DNA of 64,000 nucleotides from Macrostomum lignano (Eukaryota): NCBI GenBank assembly GCA_002269645.1, contig NIVC01000173.1, positions 620,001 to 684,000 of the forward strand, read 5' to 3'. Shown piece by piece: positions 55,601 to 64,000 of this stretch (position 1 is its first letter; each line of letters starts with the position of its first letter). The notes under the pieces were generated by a model. It saw only the letters and a program-made list of their open reading frames with translations, ran no database searches and was not told where the DNA came from. The position numbers and the translations under genes were made by a program.

Positions 55601-57039
55601 ATTCAGATTAAGCTACCACGAGCAAAACTCCTAGCAAAGCCATGGTATGAAATAGATAAGTTAGTTAGCTAGTAGTTTAAGTTTAACAAATAGTCATTAA
55701 TTAATCAATATCAAACAGAAGTTAAAATAAACAAGATTAAGCTTAAAAAGAGAAAGAAAAAGGAAGTAAGCCAATTTGTACTCTTTTTCTTTGCCATAAG
55801 GGGGCAAGGAGGCACCATAGCAAGGACAATAATGGGGAAGAGTGACAATATAAGCCAGGTGATAGCACAAAAGTTCAGGGGTTGAGGTACCAGCAGTTTA
55901 TGCAACAAAAATTAAAAATGCAAAAAATAATTTTACTAGTAGCAACTCCACTGCCATATGCACAGGGACACCATGTATCAAAAGAAAGTCTTTAACAGTC
56001 TCTGCTGTTTTTTTCAATATCCAATTATGGCCTAATGGATAGCCTCATTTAAAGCTTGCTAAAAATAGCATTATTTTGTGATACATTTCAAGTTCAAAAT
56101 GGAAATCCCCCTGGAAAAAACCAGAAAAACAAGAAGGCTGAATTTATGAATTATATTTTTTTCATTTATTCTGCAATATTATATAAATTTTTATTATAAA
56201 ATAAGAATATTTTTATTATAATCTTATCAATAGCTAATTATATTATTCTACTGATCAATAATCAAAGTATAAGTTTTATTATTGATTAATGATGCAACAG
56301 CACTAAGAGTTCAAATGTGATAATTTTCTAAGAAAAACAAGGCTAGAATAGAAATGTAGAAATGCACTATATCAAATACACTATAATGATATAATAAACT
56401 ATATTATAGAATAGCAAGACTGTACTATATCAATTTTTAATAGGATTTTTTCTATGATTCTGCCATGATTCTGACTATATGGCTATACCATTTTTTATTA
56501 TAGACTATTAAGTGTAGCTTCCCATAATTTATTAGTTTATTATTAGAGATGAAAATCTTTTCATATAAGATTTGAAGGCTAATAATAGGCTATTATAGGC
56601 ACTTATTTGCTATTGTCTTAAATATTCCAATGTTGGGATTGTGTACTACTCATAGTATATACCAAAACAAAACATGCTTAGGTTCAACCTTGGGATTTGC
56701 TTGACCAATTTTTTGTCAACACACATATAAGTTGCTATTAGATGGAATAGTAGTCATGTGACTGCTCTCAGCCAATAGCAACTTACACATATATGTTGCC
56801 AATAGAAACAGCCAAGTGAATCCCAAGATTGCGCATGTATGAAACAAAAATTCACTTTCCAAGCTCTTGTATACCAATGTACACAAAGAAATTTTATTTG
56901 TGTCACAAAAATATGCTAATAAATTTTTTATCTATATTTTGTTCCTACTACTCCTTAGCAAAAGGCCTATACAATTGTCATTACTTTTATAGTCAATATT
57001 TAACAGGGGTCAGGCCAGTCGAAGAAAAAGTTGCAATCC

Positions 57040-58381
57040 CTAGCTAGGCTTACAAATAGCGACTCCAAAACCGCCTTGCTGGGCGCTGGACGAATGCATA
57101 GCCAATACCAATTGCATGCTGTGGTGCAGTTGAGTGCTTTGACTGGTGCTAATAGGCACTTGTATGAAAAAAGCGGAAGATGCGCTTAGGCCTGATTGTG
57201 GAGCCTGATGGTTGCACTCATCATCCAAATTCGGACCATTTTCAGATGAAGGGTGCATATTGGAGCCACCCAGAATATTGCACACTTCATTGATCAGTAC
57301 AAGCAACTGCTCCTGTCACTTTGCGACGCAACCCAGTACATGCACTGCCTGGCTTCTTGCCACGGTTGTGTCGGATTCCAACGAGCACGTAGCGGAGATA
57401 GCTTCCAACCAAAGAACTTCCGCTTTCAGCTGACAATTTTCGGCTTGAGCCTCTGACAGCTTTTTGCAAACTCCACTCAATTGATGGCCTATTAAGTACA
57501 TAAAAATGAGGAGAGTGGCGAGGCAGATGCAAAGTAACTAATCGACAACACTTATACATATACAAGGCTGCTAACGTCTTCTAATATATGCATAAAAAAC
57601 TTACGCAGTTCGTCCTCAACTTCGCCTTGGGCCTGAATCTGATCCATCATTGTAGCGTATGACAGGCATCGTGATGGCTGCGGTTGCTGCAATTGCACAC
57701 GCGCCAAAGCAGTTGCTTCAATCGCTTATGCCTTTCTTTCGAAAGGCCTCTTCCAGATAGTGGCGGAATACTGGGATCCGGTACTCTTGTTAGCAGCTGA
57801 CAACAAGGACACGGCACTTCCAGGTGGGCTCCTCATCCGCATGCAAAATTGCTACAATAAAAGCGTCCTGCACAACACTGTACTGTACACTGCTCTAAGA
57901 ATCAAGGGTATATTGTACACTCCAATAGCGATTGACAGCACCTGAGTATGCTTTAAACTCAGCAGGGAGTTCCTGTTGTTTCTTGCAAGTCTTGGAAGTC
58001 TTCTTTGCACCAACTCCTGATGTCCCCAAAGAGTGGCTTTTTGATGTCATTACTTGTCAGATGGAGAGCCCATGGCTGAAATGGTTTCAGTGAAGGACAC
58101 ATTGTGTTAAAAGACATGCGCTTGTTAAAATTCCCATACAACTGCCCAAATCTGCAAGAACACTCAAGTAAATAATCTAGTAGCATGCGTCTGTTAGGTA
58201 AAATGTTAGAAAATACAACATTAGGTGCATAAAGGTGCAAACTATGTCACTTAGTTAATTAATTGGATAGTGTTTTGATGCGATCCTGCCATACTGGAAT
58301 TATTGCGGGAATTGCCTGTTGTCTACCTGTTTCTCTGCCTGCCTGTCTGTCTGTCTGTCTGTCTTAGTGTTTGTCTGTTTC

Positions 58382-58413
<32 letters not shown>

Positions 58414-59881
58414 ATTAATGTATAAATTAATCAAAGTCTAACACAAAAAGCGCGCATATGAACGGAGTCTGTGAAACATATGGTGGAGCACAAGGTGCCG
58501 CAGTTTATATTGGCAACCGCAACAGTCAAGGGAAACCTGGATACAAGGTATCTTGGATCTTGAGTGTACAAGGCATACAAGGCAAGTCGCAGTTTCAAAC
58601 AATGATGTACAATAGTGTTTCTTCTTGCCTAAGTTCTTATTGTCGGTTTAATACACCCTTTCGCCCTTGCAGTGTTCAGCTCGGAATCCGGCTGCGGTTC
58701 GAGGCTGGCCGTGGTGCTCGCAATGCCAGCCGCCGTGTCGGGCATCGGCTCATCAGGGTAAAAAATGAGCCCCCGCGAGGTAAGGCCTGTGCTAGACACT
58801 GCCAGTAGTGCTGAGTTGCGGACCATTAATTGCGCACTAAAGCTACACTATCTTACCTCCACACCACAGCGATATTATCCGTTGTGCAGTAGCCATGGGG
58901 AATGCCCTCCTTCAGCAGCATCTGGAGCAGGAAACCAATGAGGTCTTTCCAACCACTTTCGCGCTGGTAGGCCACATGGAATCTGCCTGCCTCCTGACGG
59001 AGTAGCGCTATCAGAGCGTCCGCTTGGTCAGCCAAGGGCTCCGTGCCCATAATGGTGGGTTTTCCTATTCCCGCTTTTTTTCTGACAAGCGCAGGCCCAT
59101 ATCCAGTTCCCGAGCCAAAATCTGATCAGGTGGAAGCAACAGTTAAGGCCATAGCCATGCTGGAGAACGTCCCATAAGCCGACTTGAACGACAACGAGCC
59201 GCTCCAGCACAGCAGCCGGAGCCATGCTGAGATTCGTTTGAACTTTCTATGGCAGTCGTGAGGATACCGAGGACGTTGCGGAGCATGCGCAGAGGCCATT
59301 GCTGTACAGCGCTGATTGCACTGCAGCCGCACTGACTGGAAGCCGCCGCCTCGTGCTGTTGGCTTTCAAAACTCAACTGCGCCGCCGAGTGTTTTGACTG
59401 ATTAGTGGTGACATATATTTCCGGTCCAGAATTCACAGGCGACCGATGCGGCAGCTTTTTGAGGGGCAATTTACGAGATGATGTTAAGTACCACTGCCAC
59501 TGCTTCAGAACGGCGTCGACATTAGCATCTGGCCACTGTCAGTTGCGCCAGGCCGCCGGCTTTGGCCCTGCCTGGCAAATCCGGTTGACTAGTGACGCCG
59601 GCTCCGGCCACAGAATCCGCGAGTCAAAGCCACACGCTGTCTGTGCCGATTCTTTGACTGTAACTGCCTACCAGCTCGCCAACGCTGCCACATCTGCAGT
59701 CAGCGAGTGGGATTTCTGCTCCTAGTAAGCGTCGGTAAGATGTCACTACACTCTCAATACGCACACAAGGCGCTGGACAGCCCCGATGTGCTGGGGACAG
59801 TAAGATAGCATTGATGCTAGCAAGTACGTCGGCAATTTTCTTCTTTACATCCAGCAACACGGAGCCTTCGTTGTGATCCAT
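57040..59881 (-). pseudogene. Decayed gene with an N-terminal LOTUS (OST-HTH)-like domain
   Basis: 59881-59624 reads KKKIADVLASINAILLS...IESVVTSYRRLLGAEIPLADCRCGSVGELV, then VWL*LADS...LAQLTVAR; coding-like segments with in-frame stops continue to about 57040. Confidence 0.45.
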
Positions 59882-61744
59882 TGTGCCAAAAGGGGTGTGA
59901 TATTCGACTTCTGTAAATAGCAGTAAGCTTGGAACTGTAGGGGACTGGAATTCAGGTCTAAACCCAGAATTCAGTAGTGTTCCAGGTGAAAAATTCCAAA
60001 AAATCCAACCGGAACAGCTTTCTTTTTTCCAAAATTTTACCTAAAATCTATCTACCTAAAATTTTTGCTTGTGCCACTACCTAAATATGCCAGATTTTTA
60101 ATTTATAAGCATTATTGAGTTCAGTTATCCTTACTTGGAAGTGGCTTATTACATGAGATGGCATCATTTTGAAAGATTTTGCACTTTTTAGGATCTAAGC
60201 TACTTTTTTGGCAACCAAGGCAAAAGTGATAGTCTAGTATTGTCACCCTGCTTTGGCTAGCAAGGGGCACTGATGGCTTAAAAAACTGGGTAGGAGGGTG
60301 CCCAATAGGCTTGCTAGTAGCAGGTCACTTTGTTGCCATTTGTGCTATGATATTGGCCTATGCATCTAGCCACATTGCCTCCAAGTGGTCCAGAAAAACC
60401 TGTTGTTGAAGAAAATGTGATTGTTTAGTTATATTTTCTAACTAGCTAATAACTAGTAATGTATACAATGTTAGGACATGTAAAATATAATATATCATAG
60501 AGTATAGTGCATTTATATGAAAATTGAATGAAATATTTGTCTTTCAGATTGGCATAAATTGATTAGAATGCTAGATGCTAGAAGCAAAATTATGAGATTA
60601 CATAAATTTGCTTACATTGTTATATCATATTTAATGCTTTAGTTCTATATTAATTTGCAATTGCATGAATCCAAAGTCATTACTATTAGCACTGTTAGGT
60701 TAAGATTTTTAGTATATAGACTAAGCAAAATAATTAAATTCTAGATAAAAAAGTACCTTATAATGTTAACACCAATTATAAGACTGTCATCGTATCATAC
60801 CAAGAGAAATTATTTTCATAGCCAGTAGGCCTAAAGTAATTGAACTTGATATTTTTAAAAAATTGAAGCAATTATTTTCTAACCAACTATATGACCAAAA
60901 AGAAGTTGCCAAAATTAGCAGAATAGAAAATAAATTATGCAAAAAAGATAAGTCTCTCTTAGTCTAACTCTAAGTCTGACACTGCAGTCATATATCACAT
61001 ACGCAATTTGTATTATAGAAATTCATACCATAACCATATTAGGCCTAGAGCAAATAGGCAAATATTGATAAATAGCTTTCTAAGATATATAAGAGCTTCT
61101 ATTCTATCCAATTGACCAAGTCACCAATGTAACATTAAATTTAGAGCTTTAAGACTTATGTTACACTTAAAAGTTATTTATTAAACACATTGCAATAGCA
61201 ATGGTATATCATGTATGATATAAGCTATTATTTTGGCAAAAAAGCAAATGCCAATGGCCAAATCATAGGGATGGCAAACAGGCAATGGCAGTGCTAGATT
61301 TTTTTTTGTACACAAGATGCATATGCAAATATGTCATAAGATGAGCCTTTTTAAAGCTTGATAACAGTTTATGAACCTAGCTCTATCTTTTCTTGTTATC
61401 AATTTATATATAATATATAGTTTTAGATCCAATTTTAGTATATAGGATAATTTATTCAAAGGATTTCATGATCCCTTTGAAGGTGTGTTTAGGATGAAGA
61501 AAGTTTGATCCAGTACTTGGCAAAATGAAAAGTCTGGGTCAGAGTAGATTGAGCTAGACATAGCTATAAAAATTTGAGCAGCTCAATTTGAGCTCACATT
61601 AAACTTGCTATTGTTTAATGTGAGCTGAATATTACTGTGAATATCAATGTGAGCTGACCATGAAGATGACATAAATATAGCATTTAAATACAGTTAGGGA
61701 GCAAAAGATGCGGTTTCTAGGGCCCTAGGCTCCCAGTCTAACAT

Positions 61745-62290
61745 AAAAATGTTGGCATAAGAATGCACAAAGGCTTTCCCCATGCCAGTGCCTTATTTCT
61801 GCAAATACCTCTTGTTGCTGAAGATAAAGTCATTCTGGTTAAGGTTGATGTCTAAGCAGTCAAGTATGTGTTAGTCTGGCCTTACCGACTCTTGGGACTT
61901 TCAAAGGCATGCCTTGCTACACCCAGACCTTTGTCTATTGAAATGTTTATGTAAACGGACTCTGTCCATTGTAACCAAGAGAGAACTTTCCTCCTTAGTA
62001 AAGTTCAGACCATCAATGACAGCTTGAAAGCAATCAGTGTCGCGGATGAATGAGTCTTGTTCTTTAGAAATTGGTTGTAGAAAGAGGTTTGATAAATTTG
62101 GCGCTGCAGACTGTCGGTTGCTCGGGTGGGACTGTGGAAATTAGCCACAATTTGGGATCCTTATGGATCTTTGGGAGCAAATAGAAACTCAGATTGTCTG
62201 GTTTTAGAGGTGGGATAAGCTGGATGTGTTGACGGCTTGTAAAGGAAGGAAGGAAAAAATCAACACACAATACCACTAAGCTTTCACTTA
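61745..62290 (-). pseudogene. Penelope-like element reverse transcriptase remnant
   Basis: FYLLPKIHKDP, FIRDT, LVTMD, NDFIFSNKRYLQK*GTGMGKAFVHSYANIFM, with frameshifts and stops. Confidence 0.8.
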
Positions 62291-62412
62291 GCACCCTACT
62301 AATAGCATCTAGTAGAAAATAATTCGCGATACATCTCGTACAGATAAAGACGTTGAAAATGAATTCATAAAACTTTACTTCAGTTGGCCGTCAATGCGCA
62401 TTCCCTAAAACA

Positions 62413-62968
62413 ATGGACGTCGATAATTTAAACAAATCGATAAAAAGCCTCGAAGACAAATGGAAATTAGTGCCGGCTTTTTTAAAAGTTCGCGGCCTAG
62501 TTAAACAGCACATCGAATCGTTTAATCATTTTGTTAACACCGAAGTTCGAGCTATCATGCTAGCCAATCAGAGAGTCGTGTGCGATGCAGACCAGCGCTG
62601 GTATTTGGAATATAAAAATATTTACGTTGGCAGGCCATCCGTTGAAGAGGGGCCCATTGTTAAAGAGATTAGCCCGCACGAGTGCCGTCTTAGGGATTTG
62701 ACCTACGCTGCTCCCTTACTAGTGGATATCGCTTATATACGAGGCGATCAGAGAGTCAACATGGACCGGGTGCCAATTGGATCGATACCTATCATGCTGC
62801 GAAGTTCCAACTGTCTGTTAACTGGCAAGACGCCTAACGAATTGACTAGATTACGCGAGTGTCCCCTTGATCCTGGCGGCTATTTTATTATTCGCGGCAC
62901 AGAGAAGGTCATTCTACTGCAGGAACAGCTGTCTAAGAATCGGGTTATTGTTGAGGATGATAATAAAG
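62413..62968 (+). CDS. POLR3B: RNA polymerase III second-largest subunit (RPC2), first coding exon
   Basis: [25 protein letters not shown]...[14 protein letters not shown]...[29 protein letters not shown]; donor G|GTTTGT at 62968; the gene continues beyond the window. Confidence 0.95.
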
Positions 62969-63089
62969 GTTTGTACGTTTGGTTCTAGACCCTCGAACAT
63001 TCTCTTGTAATTTGTAATTTTTCTCTTTTGACTCTGTCTAATTTCCTCACTCTAGTCTTGTCAGCCTCCCAGATCGTCGCTCTCTCGTC

Positions 63090-63960
63090 ACTCTCAAATA
63101 AAAAATCTGCATTCTTCTTGTAGGCACATTTCTTTTTGTCACTCTTGTCACTCCCCCAAATCGTCACTCTTGTCACACTCCCACATCGTCACTCTTGTCA
63201 CTCCCCCACATCGTCACTCTTGTCACTCTCGCAAATCGTCACTCTTGTCACACTCTTACATTGTCACTCCTGTCACTCCCCACATCGTCACTCTTGTCAC
63301 TCCCCACATCGTCACTCTTGTCACTCCCCACATCGTCACTCTTGTCACTCCCCACATCGTCACTCTTGTCACTCCCCACATCGTCACTCTTGTCACTTCC
63401 CACATCGTCACTCTTGTCACTCTCCCACATCGTCACTCTTGTCACTCTCCCACATCGTCACTCTTGTCACTCCCCACATCGTCACTCTTGTCAAACTCTT
63501 ACATCGTCACTCCTGTCACTCCCCACATCGTCACTCTTGTCACTCCCCACATCGTCACTCTTGTCACTCCCCACATCGTCACTCCCCACATCGTCACTCT
63601 TGTCACTCCCCACATCGTCACTCTTGTCACTTCCCACATCGTCACTCTTGTCACTCTCCCACATCGTCACTCTTGTCACTCTCCCACAACGTCACTCTTG
63701 TCAAACTCTTACATCGTCACTCCTGTCACTCCCCACATCGTCACTCCCCACATCGTCACTCTTGTCACTCTCCCACATCGTCACTCTTGTCAAACTCTTA
63801 CATCGTCACTCCTGTCACTCCCCACATCGTCACTCTTGTCACTCCCCACATCGTCACTCTTGTCACTCCCCACATCGTCACTCTTGTCACTCCCCACATC
63901 GTCACTCTTGTCACTCCCCACATCGTCACTCTTGTCACTCTCCCAAATCGTCACTCTTAT
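63090..63960. repeat. 24-bp satellite in POLR3B intron 1
   Basis: Unit CACTCCCCACATCGTCACTCTTGT. Confidence 0.95.
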
Positions 63961-64000
63961 CCACAAAATCGTTATGCGGGATAATAATCCCAATTATTCC

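Overview
Eukaryotic (animal, probably invertebrate) genomic DNA that is very rich in tandem repeats. Most long ORFs in the supplied track are translated satellites, not genes. Supportable genes: (1) a complete 9-exon nicotinic acetylcholine receptor alpha subunit (+, 4939-29093), assembled from phase-compatible GT-AG exons; (2) inside its intron 3, an apparently intact 6.7-kb CMC (CACTA/Mirage/Chapaev) DNA transposon with CCC termini, a 2-bp AA TSD, a 766-aa transposase and a 6-exon companion gene ending in a BEN-like helix; (3) a small island at 38.6-45.6 kb with an intronless Fic-domain enzyme (+), a divergently transcribed, catalytically dead full-length paralog (-), and a two-exon H-box/NC (LRAT/PLAAT-like) gene with a C-terminal membrane anchor (-); (4) a decayed LOTUS-domain gene, a Penelope-like RT remnant and the first coding exon of POLR3B. 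Other features are hAT-type and other MITEs, two tRNA-derived SINEs, more than 15 distinct satellites and a 5.6-kb (GATA)n array. The best candidate for a new system is the Fic / pseudo-Fic pair. The copy with the catalytic motif has Phe at the autoinhibitory Glu position, while the dead copy keeps an acidic residue there, which suggests an enzyme-inhibitor module. All protein family calls come from motif recognition by eye; no database search was run.
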